Below, one piece after another: positions 36,677 to 47,471 of a stretch of 64,000 bases of DNA. The notes beneath the pieces were generated by a model. That model saw nothing but the letters and a program-made list of their open reading frames with translations. It had not been told where the DNA came from and ran no database searches. The stretch spans positions 50,107 through 114,106 of IMG/VR virus record IMGVR_UViG_3300030118_001869. One strand, 5' to 3'. This DNA is from a virus. Position 1 is the stretch's first letter; the number at the start of each line of letters is the position of its first letter. Position numbers and translations under genes: made by a program.

Positions 36677-37571
36677 TTCAGGCCCAGAAGTTCATAGACT
36701 ACAAACTGTTTTAAAATTACAACAAGATGGAGTTTTTGGACCAGCAACAGAAAAAGCAGTAATTAGATTTCAACTAGCATATGATTTAAAACCAGATGGT
36801 ATAGTTGGACCAAGTACATGGGAACGCCTTATGATAGGTAGCACTTATCAAGAAGAAGCTATAGATGAAGATACAGATAATCAATCTATGATATGGCAGA
36901 CTAATTATGATCAAACAGTACATAGATATTTTTTACCTAAAGGAGAATATCTTGAAGGACCTGTAGTAAATGAATATGCATTTTTACATCATACAGCAGG
37001 TAGACACAATCCATTTAAAGTAGTGGACCATTGGGGAAGAGATACAAGAGGTAGAGTAGCTACAGAATTTGTTCTAGGTGGTAAGTGTTCAAGCAGTGGT
37101 AAAGATGAGTATGATGGTGTGATGGTACAAGCATTTCCGGTTGGAGGATATGGATGGCATTTAGGTAAAACAGGTAGTGGTCACATGAATAGACATTCAA
37201 CTGGTATTGAAATATGTGCATTTGGATATTTAAAAGATGGTAAAACTTATGTAAATACAACTGTTAGAGAAGATCAAATTTATACATTAAAAGAACCATT
37301 TAGAGGATATACACAATATCACTCTTACACAGATAAGCAAATGGAAGAAACTGAAAAGTGGATTAAATATATTGCTGAGAGAGATGGTATTGATGTAAGA
37401 TTAGGTTTGAAACAGTGGATACAAAAGTATGGACCTGCAAAAGCATTTGATTTTCAAGAGGATGCTTACTATGGAAAAGTGAAAGGTTTACTTACACATA
37501 CAAATGTTAGAAGGGATAAGACGGATTGTTATCCTGATGAAAGACTTATTGATATTATATTAAGTTTGTAA
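36654..37571 (+). CDS. Endolysin: PG-binding domain plus N-acetylmuramoyl-L-alanine amidase
   Basis: DGVFGPATEKAV..FQ, DGIVGPSTW; LHHTAG, GIEIC, LTH...KTDC. Confidence 0.88.
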   Translation: MKIIKKGDSGPEVHRLQTVLKLQQDGVFGPATEKAVIRFQLAYDLKPDGIVGPSTWERLMIGSTYQEEAIDEDTDNQSMIWQTNYDQTVHRYFLPKGEYLEGPVVNEYAFLHHTAGRHNPFKVVDHWGRDTRGRVATEFVLGGKCSSSGKDEYDGVMVQAFPVGGYGWHLGKTGSGHMNRHSTGIEICAFGYLKDGKTYVNTTVREDQIYTLKEPFRGYTQYHSYTDKQMEETEKWIKYIAERDGIDVRLGLKQWIQKYGPAKAFDFQEDAYYGKVKGLLTHTNVRRDKTDCYPDERLIDIILSL

Positions 37572-37572
37572 A

Positions 37573-37953
37573 ATGGCTATAGTAAATAAAGTAGACTTTA
37601 AAAAGCAAGTGACAATAAACGAAACTATTGGTTATCAGATATTGTCATATTGTTTTTTTAATAATATACATATTAGCAGCACTGATCTTAAACTTTTAAC
37701 AGAATTAGCAAAGCAAGCTGGTGTTGAATTAACAAAGTTTTGTGTGTATCTTACAGACACTAAGATATTTAAAAGCAATCAATCTGCTAGAAATGCAGTA
37801 ACAAAGGCAGAAAAAAAGGGATTGATTGTTAAAAATGGAGTTAATAAGAAGACAGTAAACTTAAATACTGACATGAATGTCCAGGTTGAGGGTATTGTTT
37901 TGTTAGATTATAAAATACTAGGACGTGAGACCCAAAAGCCACAAGCAATTTAA
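37573..37953 (+). CDS. Hypothetical protein (wHTH-like)
   Basis: QSARNAVTKAEKKGLI. Confidence 0.65.
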   Translation: MAIVNKVDFKKQVTINETIGYQILSYCFFNNIHISSTDLKLLTELAKQAGVELTKFCVYLTDTKIFKSNQSARNAVTKAEKKGLIVKNGVNKKTVNLNTDMNVQVEGIVLLDYKILGRETQKPQAI

Positions 37954-38293
37954 AGAAGATATTGCAAAAGAGGTTGGGGTACACCCAAAAGTTGTAGATG
38001 ATTTTATAACTTTTTATTATGCAAAAGTTAGAAAAGCTTTGTCTACACTAGAATATCCTAGAGTACTTGTTGATGGACTAGGTACATTTTTTATTAGAAA
38101 AGGTAAACTAGAGAATGCTATCAAAAGAAACAAAAGTATGTTAGGTAATCTAAAAAAGAGGACTTATAAAGGATATGAAAAGACTTATGCAATAAATCAA
38201 AAGCTTGAAGAAATGGAATCAGCTATAAGAATTATTGAAGATAACATAGAAAATAAAAAACAGTTTAAAAAGAAAAAGAATGCCAATAAGTAA
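37925..38293 (+). CDS. HU/IHF-like DNA-binding protein
   Basis: IAKEVGV...V...V.VDGLGTF. Confidence 0.7.
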   Translation: MRPKSHKQFKEDIAKEVGVHPKVVDDFITFYYAKVRKALSTLEYPRVLVDGLGTFFIRKGKLENAIKRNKSMLGNLKKRTYKGYEKTYAINQKLEEMESAIRIIEDNIENKKQFKKKKNANK

Positions 38294-38591
38294 ATATTTA
38301 AATGCTCTAAAAAATATAGATGAGATATATGATGGTATCAAAAATGATCTTTTTAAAAAAGAGTATGTAGAAAAAATTGCTGAGTCTAGAATTAAAATAT
38401 GTGAAACATGCAAGGAATATGATACAAAAGGTAGCAAATGTCTTGTTCCTGGCACACAACCATGTTGTACTTTGTGTGGATGTTCTATGCATTGGAAGTC
38501 AAGATCTATGGCATCAGAGTGTCCAGCAGGTAAATGGGAACAATTACTAACTCCTTTAGAAGAGGAAAAATTAATAAATAATGAAGATTAA
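38280..38591 (+). CDS. Cys-rich Zn-binding protein
   Basis: R..IC..C, C..CGC, CP.GKW. Confidence 0.7.
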   Translation: MPISKYLNALKNIDEIYDGIKNDLFKKEYVEKIAESRIKICETCKEYDTKGSKCLVPGTQPCCTLCGCSMHWKSRSMASECPAGKWEQLLTPLEEEKLINNED

Positions 38592-38667
38592 TTATATATA
38601 CAAAGATGTTACAATCACGTATACTAGTAACCAACAAAATGGTATATGGTATACTACAATAAGTTAA
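38581..38667 (+). CDS. 28-aa micro-ORF
   Basis: Manual translation MKINYIYKDVTITYTSNQQNGIWYTTIS; bridges two genes. Confidence 0.4.
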   Translation: MKINYIYKDVTITYTSNQQNGIWYTTIS

Positions 38668-38671
38668 TAAG

Positions 38672-39484
38672 ATGGCAATAATATTTAAAGAAGAAGGTCA
38701 TGTCTATGAAAGCACAGATACTGATAAAATAAAGTGGACTAGTGTTACTTCATTCATAGGTATGTTCAAACCAAAGTTTGATGCAAAAGCACAAGCTAAA
38801 AAATCTTCTAAAAACAAACGTTCTAAGTGGTATGGTATGACTGAAAAAGAAATACTAGAAGCTTGGAAGAATGAAACAGATAGAGCTATTAAGCTTGGTA
38901 ACTTTTATCATAATCAAAGAGAAGCTGATATGATAGAGTTTGACACTATAACTAGATATGGATGCACACTACCTATATTCAGACCAGAGTTTGATGATAA
39001 AGGTGGCAAGATTGCACCAGAACAAAAGTTAGATAGTGGTATTTATCCAGAGTTATTAGTATATTTAAAATCAGCAGGGCTATGTGGTCAGGCTGATTTA
39101 GTTGAGATTGTAAATGGGTATATTAATATTACAGATTACAAGACTAATAAAGAGATAAAAGAGAAAGGTTTTACTAACTGGGAGGGTATAACAAGTAAAA
39201 TGTATAATCCTGTAAGTCATTTAGATGATTGTAATTTGAATCATTATAACTTACAATTGAGTATTTATGCGTATATTATTAAAAAGCACAACCCTAAACT
39301 TAGAGTTGGTAATCTTAAAATCCAACATGTAAAATTTAAACAAGTTGGTACAGATTCAAACGGGTATCCTATTAATGAACATGTAGATGGAGAACCGGTT
39401 ATTGAAGATATAAAAATGTATAACCTGCCATATCTTAAGGATGAAGTAATTCAACTTATTAAATGGCTAAAACAAAATAAGTAA
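38672..39484 (+). CDS. PD-(D/E)XK nuclease
   Basis: SVTSFI, G..YH, CGQADL, DYKTN, YNLQLSIY. Confidence 0.82.
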   Translation: MAIIFKEEGHVYESTDTDKIKWTSVTSFIGMFKPKFDAKAQAKKSSKNKRSKWYGMTEKEILEAWKNETDRAIKLGNFYHNQREADMIEFDTITRYGCTLPIFRPEFDDKGGKIAPEQKLDSGIYPELLVYLKSAGLCGQADLVEIVNGYINITDYKTNKEIKEKGFTNWEGITSKMYNPVSHLDDCNLNHYNLQLSIYAYIIKKHNPKLRVGNLKIQHVKFKQVGTDSNGYPINEHVDGEPVIEDIKMYNLPYLKDEVIQLIKWLKQNK

Positions 39485-40110
39485 TGCCTAAAACAACATT
39501 AATATTAGTAGTACCAAATTTAGATGGATCTCCAAGTAGTACTAAATCAAGATATAAGTTTACACCAGAATCACAAATTACTTTTCATAGTGAATTAATT
39601 AATGCTATTGCACCATATTTTAATCCTATATTAAAAGAATTTAGTAACACATATACCATAGTAAGCATTGCAGGTCATGAACCTTTTGTTGTAAAGGCAT
39701 CTATGTCTGCACTGCAAGCTATAATGGAAAATAAACCTTATGCACCAGTATCTGACGGTTCAGGAGGTTCAACTTCTGGTGGTTCTGGTTTTAGTGGATC
39801 TGGTACTGGTGGAAGTGGAAGCACTGCTTATACTTCAACAACGCAACAAACATTTAATTCTGCATGTTTGGGTACGGCTAATCAAACATATTATCACAAT
39901 GGAAGTGGTACTTTACCAGCAGCTGGTAATCAAGTATTTTCAGACTCAGCAAAAACTACATTATTAAATGATGGTTACTACGGTATTGATCCAACTGGAA
40001 CAGCTCCACAAAAAATAATTAGAGTTTCTGCTGGTTATGTAGTTACAGGTTGGCCACTGGATTGTTTAGAGCATCAAATAGATTATCCAACTAATGACCC
40101 AATAGAATAA
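39484..40110 (+). CDS. Two-domain protein with Gly/Ser linker (possible decoration protein)
   Basis: GSGGSTSGGSG linker; C-terminal SAC...TYYHNG...YY beta module. Confidence 0.65.
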   Translation: MPKTTLILVVPNLDGSPSSTKSRYKFTPESQITFHSELINAIAPYFNPILKEFSNTYTIVSIAGHEPFVVKASMSALQAIMENKPYAPVSDGSGGSTSGGSGFSGSGTGGSGSTAYTSTTQQTFNSACLGTANQTYYHNGSGTLPAAGNQVFSDSAKTTLLNDGYYGIDPTGTAPQKIIRVSAGYVVTGWPLDCLEHQIDYPTNDPIE

Positions 40111-40259
40111 TGTTAACACGTTGGGAAATTCATACAGGTCTTGTACCAGGAATAGTTTTTGGATACAGAGCATACAAAAATGATGATATATGTACTATAG
40201 AGCATGTATTTTACTTAGGTGTTATAGATATATGTTTAACTTTATACTATGATTGTTAG
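40110..40259 (+). CDS. 49-aa hydrophobic beta-strand microprotein
   Basis: Manual translation MLTRWEIHTGLVPGIVFGYRAY...HVFYLGVIDICLTLYYDC; TAATG coupling. Confidence 0.55.
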   Translation: MLTRWEIHTGLVPGIVFGYRAYKNDDICTIEHVFYLGVIDICLTLYYDC

Positions 40260-40767
40260 ATTATTTGACATACAAAATGGAAAAGCAGTGCCTACTGAGC
40301 ATTGCTATACACTAAAGTTTCTGAAAGATATTATGGAGACATATCCTGATACATACATGCAAGTGTATCAATATTTGTTTTATATGGCTTGCCCTAATCC
40401 TGATCTCAATCCTTTCTTTAATTTACCAGAGCATGAGAAAGAAGATATAATTATAGAAGAAATAGGATTAGAAGAATCTACTGAAGATTCTAAAATTAGG
40501 TATTCTTTAGAAATGTGTAATAAACTCTATGAAACACCTACCTATAGAGCTTATGTAGGTATTAAAAGCATGCTAGATAGACTTGCTAAGTATATGGAAA
40601 CAACACAGATAGAGCATGGTAGAGATGGAAATATTAACTCAATGGTAAATGCAGCTGCTAAGTTTGAACAAATTAGACAGTCTTACAAAGGTGCATTTAC
40701 TGATATGAAATCTGAGCAAGAAAGCTCTGTCCGTGGTGGTCAGGGACTTGCTTATGATCAAATGTAA
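40249..40767 (+). CDS. Conserved hypothetical protein (possible terminase small subunit)
   Basis: Helical; position near TerL; ends RGGQ.LAYD. Confidence 0.5.
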   Translation: MIVRLFDIQNGKAVPTEHCYTLKFLKDIMETYPDTYMQVYQYLFYMACPNPDLNPFFNLPEHEKEDIIIEEIGLEESTEDSKIRYSLEMCNKLYETPTYRAYVGIKSMLDRLAKYMETTQIEHGRDGNINSMVNAAAKFEQIRQSYKGAFTDMKSEQESSVRGGQGLAYDQM

Positions 40768-40782
40768 ACTTAAATTTAAATT

Positions 40783-41064
40783 ATGAAAACCAAAGTAATC
40801 CCAGTAGGTAAGAGAGTTCTTATCAAAAAGAAAGATGCAGATGCATACTTTCCAGGCACTAAAATTTTAATACCAGAAAATCAAAGACAAGATGAACTAA
40901 AAGGCTATGTTATAGCAATAGGTAAAGAAGTTGATGAGGTTCAAGTAGGTGATCTAGTACAATACGCAGATTATGCACTGCCAACTAAAATGAAACACGA
41001 AGGAGAAGATCATTTGCTTATAGCAGCAGGTGATATATTTGCAGTTTTAGTAGATGAAAAATAG
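40783..41064 (+). CDS. groES: Co-chaperonin GroES
   Basis: PVGKRVLIK, ILIP, G.VIAIG, VQVGDLV.Y, DIFAV. Confidence 0.85.
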   Translation: MKTKVIPVGKRVLIKKKDADAYFPGTKILIPENQRQDELKGYVIAIGKEVDEVQVGDLVQYADYALPTKMKHEGEDHLLIAAGDIFAVLVDEK

Positions 41065-43241
41065 TGCATAATATCCCAACATATGATAATAGTCAATGGA
41101 CAACAACAGAGTTTAGTTCTGATGAAGAACTAGCAAAGTTTATTTTATCAATATTTAAAGAGCCAGGTGAATATGAATTTGATGAGACATCTTTTATATT
41201 TAATTCTGAGGCACGTAGATTTAACAAAGATGGATTTTATTGTGGGTCACCATTTAGATCTAAAGACTTCATGGCATATTGGGATGATCAAAAAAATAAA
41301 TGTAGAAAAGGTGTTATATATAAAGTTAAAGATAAGACATGGTACATAACTAGAGATTATTACATGTGGCTAAACTTTCTACCTATTTATGATAAAGAAG
41401 AAAAGAAGTATGGTTTTGCTAAAGTTAGAGATGCACAATATCATATGGCACTATATGAAATACTTGCTGAATTAAATAATAAGCATTGTGCAATATTAAA
41501 GAAACGTCAGATAGCTTCATCATATTTTCACATGGCTAAGATTCTTAATACCTATTGGTTTGAGGAAGGATCTGTATGTAAGATAGGTGCATCTTTAAAA
41601 GATTATATAAATGATAAAGGATCCTGGAAGTTTTTAGATGAATACAAAACATTTCTAAATGAGCACACTGCTTGGTATAGACCCTGCACACCAGAAAAAG
41701 TTTTATTATGGGAACAAAAGATAGAAGTTAGAGTAAATAACAGAAAAACAGCAAGAGGTCTAAAATCTAAGATACAAGGTGCATCATTTGAAAAGAATGC
41801 AACAACAGGTGTTGGTGGTCCTACTACATACTTCTTTCATGAAGAGGCTGGGATTGCACCTAAGATGATGGATACTTATGAATATCTTAGACCTGCAATG
41901 TCTTCAGGTATGATGACAACAGGTATGTTTATTGCAGCAGGATCAGTCGGAGACTTAGAACAATGTAATCCTCTAAAAGAGATGATACTTAATCCTACAG
42001 TCAATGATATATATGCTGTAGAAACTAATTTAATGGACGCTGACGGCACTTCTGGCCTAGCAGGTCTGTTTATACCAGAGCAGTGGTCAATGCCGCCTTA
42101 CATTGATGATTTTGGAAACAGTAAAATAGATGAAGCTTTGGAATCAATTACTCTAGAGAGAAAAAAATGGAAGAATGAACTAACTCCAGAACAGTATCAG
42201 CTTAGGATATCACAGAAGCCTATGAATATTGCTGAGGCATTTGCTTATAGAAAACAATCTATATTTCCACAAGGTATACTACAAAAGCAAATGAGAAAAA
42301 TTTTAGACAAAGATTACAGCTATGAACATATAGAACTAGAGAGAGAACAAGAAGGAATAGTTGCTAAAAGAAGTAACAGATTACCTATAAGCAAGTTTCC
42401 TGTAGATAAAAAGTCTAGCAATAAAGAAGGTGTATTAGTTGTATGGGAAAGACCAGTAAAAAATCCTGAGTTTGGTATGTACTATGCTTCTGTTGACCCT
42501 GTGTCAGAAGGTAAAACTACAACATCTGATTCTTTGTGTAGTATTTTTGTTTATAAGAATCCTGTTGAAATAAGAAGAGAAACTCCTGATGGTATAGAAA
42601 CAATAATAGAAAAGGATAAGATAGTTGCTGCATGGTGTGGTAGATATGATGATATAAACAAAACACATGATCAATTAGAAAAAATAGTAGAATGGTATAA
42701 AGCTTGGACTGTAGTAGAGAATAACATATCATTATTTATTCAGCATATGATTGCTAGAAGGAAACAAAAGTTTCTAGTTCCTAAGCAGCAGATATTATTT
42801 TTAAAAGATCTTGGCTCAAATAGAACAGTATATCAAGAGTATGGTTGGAAGAATACAGGAACTCTTTTTAAGAATCACTTGATATCATATGCAATAGAAT
42901 TTATTAGAGAGCAAATAGATGAAGAGACAGATATAAACGGATCTGTAATAAGTCAAACATTAGGCGTTGAACGTATACCTGATCCTATGCTTTTAAAAGA
43001 AATGTTAGCATACTATCCTGGATTGAACGTGGATAGACTAGTTGCATTCTCTGCATTAATAGCTTTTGCTAAGGTGCAACAATCTAACAGAGGATACCTT
43101 AAAAGGAGTGAATCAACATCAAAATCCTTGGATAATCAAGAAAATTTGTATAAATTAAAGTATAGTGCGTTTAGAAATATAGGACGCAATAAAGGCATAG
43201 GAAGAACCAAGAAAAGATCAGGATTTAAAAATATAAGATAG
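41064..43241 (+). CDS. Terminase large subunit
   Basis: LKKRQIASS (Walker A variant), FFHEEAG, ASVDPV, VENN, NVDRLVA. Confidence 0.9.
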   Translation: MHNIPTYDNSQWTTTEFSSDEELAKFILSIFKEPGEYEFDETSFIFNSEARRFNKDGFYCGSPFRSKDFMAYWDDQKNKCRKGVIYKVKDKTWYITRDYYMWLNFLPIYDKEEKKYGFAKVRDAQYHMALYEILAELNNKHCAILKKRQIASSYFHMAKILNTYWFEEGSVCKIGASLKDYINDKGSWKFLDEYKTFLNEHTAWYRPCTPEKVLLWEQKIEVRVNNRKTARGLKSKIQGASFEKNATTGVGGPTTYFFHEEAGIAPKMMDTYEYLRPAMSSGMMTTGMFIAAGSVGDLEQCNPLKEMILNPTVNDIYAVETNLMDADGTSGLAGLFIPEQWSMPPYIDDFGNSKIDEALESITLERKKWKNELTPEQYQLRISQKPMNIAEAFAYRKQSIFPQGILQKQMRKILDKDYSYEHIELEREQEGIVAKRSNRLPISKFPVDKKSSNKEGVLVVWERPVKNPEFGMYYASVDPVSEGKTTTSDSLCSIFVYKNPVEIRRETPDGIETIIEKDKIVAAWCGRYDDINKTHDQLEKIVEWYKAWTVVENNISLFIQHMIARRKQKFLVPKQQILFLKDLGSNRTVYQEYGWKNTGTLFKNHLISYAIEFIREQIDEETDINGSVISQTLGVERIPDPMLLKEMLAYYPGLNVDRLVAFSALIAFAKVQQSNRGYLKRSESTSKSLDNQENLYKLKYSAFRNIGRNKGIGRTKKRSGFKNIR

Positions 43242-43242
43242 C

Positions 43243-45978
43243 ATGAGAGTATTTAATGCAATGCAACTCAAGGCAGGAGCCAAGAAAGAAGGTGGACATG
43301 TATCCTCTTCCCTGACACAACCCATACAGTTTTTACCAGCTAAGAAGAAAGATGATGATTGGTCAGCATGGAACTTAGATTGGTTAGAATTACAGGGTAT
43401 GGAGTTCTTACGTAGAAATGCCAGAAAGCTTTTAAAAAACTATAAACTTGCAAAAGGTATTATAGATAAAAAAGATTACATTGTTGAAGAAGACAATGAT
43501 CACAAAGACTTAATGGATGTACTGACAAAAGAAGATGAGTCAGCATTAGAACTTAAATTTTATCCAATTATTCCAAATGTTATTAATGTTTTAAGCGGTG
43601 AGTTCTCAAAGAGATTCTCTAAAGTGCAATTCAGAGCTGTTGATGATACATCATACAATGAGATGTTAGAATCTAAAAGAGCATTAGTAGAGGAAAACTT
43701 ACTAGCCGATGCATCAAAGAAACAATTACTTAAGATGCTTGAGATGGGATTAGATCCTGAATCAGATGAAGCTAAACAAATAATGGATCCTTCAAAAATC
43801 AAATCACTACCTGAGATAGAAGACTTTTTTAGCAAGAGCTACAGAAGTATGGTAGAAGAATGGGCTACTCACCAAATGAATGTAGATGTTGAAAGATTCA
43901 AGATACAAGAATTAGAGGAAAGAGCTTTCCGTGATATGTTAATTGCAGATAGAGAGTTCTGGCATTTTAGAATGATGGAAGATGATTATGATGTAGAGCT
44001 GTGGAATCCTGTATTAACATTCTATCAAAAATCTCCTGAGACAAGATATATATCTGATTCTAACTATTGTGGTAAGATGGATCTTATGACTGTTGCTGAT
44101 GTAATAGATAAGTATGGCTACTTAATGAATGAGAAGCAACTTAAATCTTTAAACAAGATATACCCAGCTAGATCTAGTATGTATCAAGTTAACGGCTATC
44201 AGAATGATGGAGCATACTATGATGCTACCAGATCACATGCATGGAATACTAACAGTCCAAGTTTAGGATATAGAAGATATGTAAGTAATTGGTCAGATGA
44301 TCCAGCCAGGGGCGGGGACATAGTAAGTGCTATTCTTAATGAGGGAGAGGATGTATTGCAATGGGGAGAAGGTGATTTAATGCGTGTAACCACTGTCTAC
44401 TGGAAAACGCAAAGGATGGTTGGACATCTTACCTGTATAAAAGAAGATGGGCAAGTAATGCAAGAAATAGTAGATGAAACATTTAAGGTTACTATGAAAC
44501 CTATGTATGATACATCACTAATCAAAAACAAATCAAAAGAAAATTTATTGTATGGTGAGCATGTAGACTACATCTGGATCAATGAAGTTTGGGGTGGTGT
44601 TAAAATAGGACCTAACTCACCAACAGGATGGCGTTCTGAGATGGGTAATAATGTAGATCCAATATATTTAGGGATAGATAGAAAAAAACCTGGTAGAATA
44701 CCTTTTCAATTTAAAGGAGAAAAAACATTATATGGTTGTAAACTACCTGTAGAGGGTAGAGTGTTTTCAGATAGAAACACAAGGTCTACATCTTTAGTAG
44801 ATTTGATGAAAGCTTATCAAGTTGGTTATAACATGGTAAATAATCAAATAGCAGATATATTAGTTGATGAGCTAGGAACAGTCATTATGTTTGATCAAAA
44901 TGCCTTACCACGTCATGGTATGGGTGAAGACTGGGGAAAAAATAATTATGCTAAAGCGTATGTAGCAATGAAAGATTTTCAAATGTTACCGTTAGATACC
45001 TCAATTACTAACACAGAAAACGCAACTAACTTCAATCACTATCAAACTCTAAATATGGAGCAAACTAGTAGATTGATGTCAAGGATACAATTAGCAAATT
45101 ATTTTAAGTCTCAAGCATTTGAGGCTATTGGAATCAACCCACAAAGACTTGGAGGTCCAGTAGCGCAGCAAACAGCTACTGGTGTTACTCAAGCACTACA
45201 GCAATCATACTCTCAAACTGAAACATACTTCATTAATCATTCAGATAATCTTATGCCAAGAGTACACAAAATGAGAACTGATTTAGCTCAGTATTATTAC
45301 AGTAACACTCCAAGTTTAAGGTTGCAATATATTTCAACAGCAGCTGATAAAGTTAATTTTACTATCAATGGTACAGAACTATTGATGAGAGACTTTAATA
45401 TTTTTGCTACAACTAGAACAAATCACAGACAAATTCTTGATCAACTAAAACAAATGGCTCTAACTAATAATACTACAGGGGCTAGTATATATGATCTTGG
45501 TAATATATTAAAAGCAGATTCTATTGCTGAAGTCACTGATATACTAAAAGATTCAGAAGCTAAGACACAGGCAATGAAGCAGCAAGAAATGCAACAGCAA
45601 AGAGAGATGCAACAAAAACAAATTGAATCTCAAGCTGAAGAGAATAAACTTAAGTTAGAATTCCAAGCAGGAGAAGCTGCAAAAGATAGACAAAAAGATA
45701 TTACTGTTGCTGAAATTAGATCTGCAGGATACGGATCCATGGTAGATTTAGATAAAAATCAACAGTCAGATTACCAAGATGCACTAAAAGATATACAACA
45801 AACTTCACAATACAGAGAGCAGATGACTATGAAGCGTGAGCAGAATGCACAAAAAAATGCACAGGCTCAGGCTAAGTTACAAATAGACAGAGAAAAGCTT
45901 GCTACACAACGTGATATTGCTAATAAAAACCTACAGATAGCAAGAGAGAATAAGAACAAATATGATGAAAAAAGTTAA
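43243..45978 (+). CDS. Portal protein
   Basis: 911 aa after TerL; YPIIPNVINVL.GE, SLVDLMK.YQ, GI.PQRLG, Q-rich helical tail. Confidence 0.85.
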   Translation: MRVFNAMQLKAGAKKEGGHVSSSLTQPIQFLPAKKKDDDWSAWNLDWLELQGMEFLRRNARKLLKNYKLAKGIIDKKDYIVEEDNDHKDLMDVLTKEDESALELKFYPIIPNVINVLSGEFSKRFSKVQFRAVDDTSYNEMLESKRALVEENLLADASKKQLLKMLEMGLDPESDEAKQIMDPSKIKSLPEIEDFFSKSYRSMVEEWATHQMNVDVERFKIQELEERAFRDMLIADREFWHFRMMEDDYDVELWNPVLTFYQKSPETRYISDSNYCGKMDLMTVADVIDKYGYLMNEKQLKSLNKIYPARSSMYQVNGYQNDGAYYDATRSHAWNTNSPSLGYRRYVSNWSDDPARGGDIVSAILNEGEDVLQWGEGDLMRVTTVYWKTQRMVGHLTCIKEDGQVMQEIVDETFKVTMKPMYDTSLIKNKSKENLLYGEHVDYIWINEVWGGVKIGPNSPTGWRSEMGNNVDPIYLGIDRKKPGRIPFQFKGEKTLYGCKLPVEGRVFSDRNTRSTSLVDLMKAYQVGYNMVNNQIADILVDELGTVIMFDQNALPRHGMGEDWGKNNYAKAYVAMKDFQMLPLDTSITNTENATNFNHYQTLNMEQTSRLMSRIQLANYFKSQAFEAIGINPQRLGGPVAQQTATGVTQALQQSYSQTETYFINHSDNLMPRVHKMRTDLAQYYYSNTPSLRLQYISTAADKVNFTINGTELLMRDFNIFATTRTNHRQILDQLKQMALTNNTTGASIYDLGNILKADSIAEVTDILKDSEAKTQAMKQQEMQQQREMQQKQIESQAEENKLKLEFQAGEAAKDRQKDITVAEIRSAGYGSMVDLDKNQQSDYQDALKDIQQTSQYREQMTMKREQNAQKNAQAQAKLQIDREKLATQRDIANKNLQIARENKNKYDEKS

Positions 45979-46117
45979 CTTATAAAAAAGATTTTTAACG
46001 TTAGCTATATATTGCTAAAAATGTTATAAATAATCAAATATTATAAGTTTACATATGAATTATAATTCTTATATTGTATATGTACATAATATTATTAATT
46101 AATTTAAACCAACAATT

Positions 46118-47413
46118 ATGGCAGATAATAAAACACAAGATACTACTGTAGAACAAGTAGATATCAATATTGATGAGTTATTTGCAGCAGCACCAGATGC
46201 TGATGCAATAGTAACACCAGAGACAAAACCAAAAAATATCTTTTCTAAAAGTGAAGGTGTAGATATGAGCTTCACAGAAAAGAAAGAAGAACCGAAGGCT
46301 GAAGAGCCTGCAGTTGAAGAACCTAAAGCAGAGGAACCTAAACAAGAAGAAGAAAAAGTTAAGGAGCCTGAAGCTAAAGAGGAAAAGAAAGAAGAGACTG
46401 CTACACTAGATGATGTTTTAGATTCTATAGATGAAGAACCTACAGAAGAAGAAACAAAGAAAAGAGGTAGAAAGAAAATAGAAGGTATAGCTGATGTATT
46501 TGAAAAGCTAATAAAATCTGACAAGATTGTACCTTTTGATGATGACAAACCTCTAGCTGAGTATTCAGCAAAAGACTGGGAAGAGTTGATTGATGCTAAC
46601 TTGGAAGAAAAGGCAAACCAAGTTAGAAAAGAAACACCAGCAAAGTTCTTTGAAAGTTTGCCTGATGAATTAAAGATAGCTGCAAGATATGTATTTGACG
46701 GTGGTAAAGATCTTAAAGGTTTATTTCAGACATTAGCACAAGTAGAAGAAACATCTACTATTGATGTTAAATCTGAAAGAGGTCAAGAGAGAGTCATCCA
46801 AGAATACCTTTCTGCAACCGGATATGGTACAGCAGAAGAGATAGCAGAGGAAATAGAAGTCTGGAAAGATTTAGGAAAGCTAGAGCAACAAGCTCTTAAG
46901 TTTCAACCTAAACTTCAAAAGATGCAAGAAAAAGTTGTTGCTACAAAATTAAAAGAGCAAGATCTAAAGAAGAAACAACAAGAACAAGCATCTAAAGATT
47001 ATATGGAAAATGTATATAATACATTAAAAGACGGAGCACTTAATGATATTAAGATAGATAAAAAGACTCAGTCAATGTTATATAATGGACTTGTACAACC
47101 TAATTATCCTTCTGTAAGTGGACGTAACACTAACCTGTTAGGACACTTACTTGAAAAGTATCAATTTGTTGAGCCTAATTATGCTCTTATATCTGAAGCC
47201 TTATGGTTATTACAAGACCCAGATGGTTACAAATCTAAGATTATGGAGAAGGGAGCTCAGAAAACAATTGAGAAAACAGTTAGAAAATTAAAGACTGAAC
47301 AAGTAAATAGCGGTGGAAGTTCTTTAGGTGTAGAGCAAAAAGAAGACTCTACAGGTAAAAGGACATCTAGGAAAAAGCTTCCTAGACAGCAAAACATATT
47401 TAAAAGATTTTAA
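46118..47413 (+). CDS. Scaffolding-like protein
   Basis: Acidic EEPK repeats, coiled coil; between portal and MCP. Confidence 0.65.
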   Translation: MADNKTQDTTVEQVDINIDELFAAAPDADAIVTPETKPKNIFSKSEGVDMSFTEKKEEPKAEEPAVEEPKAEEPKQEEEKVKEPEAKEEKKEETATLDDVLDSIDEEPTEEETKKRGRKKIEGIADVFEKLIKSDKIVPFDDDKPLAEYSAKDWEELIDANLEEKANQVRKETPAKFFESLPDELKIAARYVFDGGKDLKGLFQTLAQVEETSTIDVKSERGQERVIQEYLSATGYGTAEEIAEEIEVWKDLGKLEQQALKFQPKLQKMQEKVVATKLKEQDLKKKQQEQASKDYMENVYNTLKDGALNDIKIDKKTQSMLYNGLVQPNYPSVSGRNTNLLGHLLEKYQFVEPNYALISEALWLLQDPDGYKSKIMEKGAQKTIEKTVRKLKTEQVNSGGSSLGVEQKEDSTGKRTSRKKLPRQQNIFKRF

Positions 47414-47471
47414 AAATTTTATATATATACTTTAAACATTAATTATTAACACTTAAAAACTATAATCAATT

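Noticed and set aside
38672-39484. Cas4/CRISPR association of the PD-(D/E)XK nuclease
   Set aside because: Lacks the four-Cys Fe-S motif and there is no array or cas gene nearby
46280-46400. EEPK repeats as a DNA repeat element
   Set aside because: Simple low-complexity coding repeat in a scaffold-like protein
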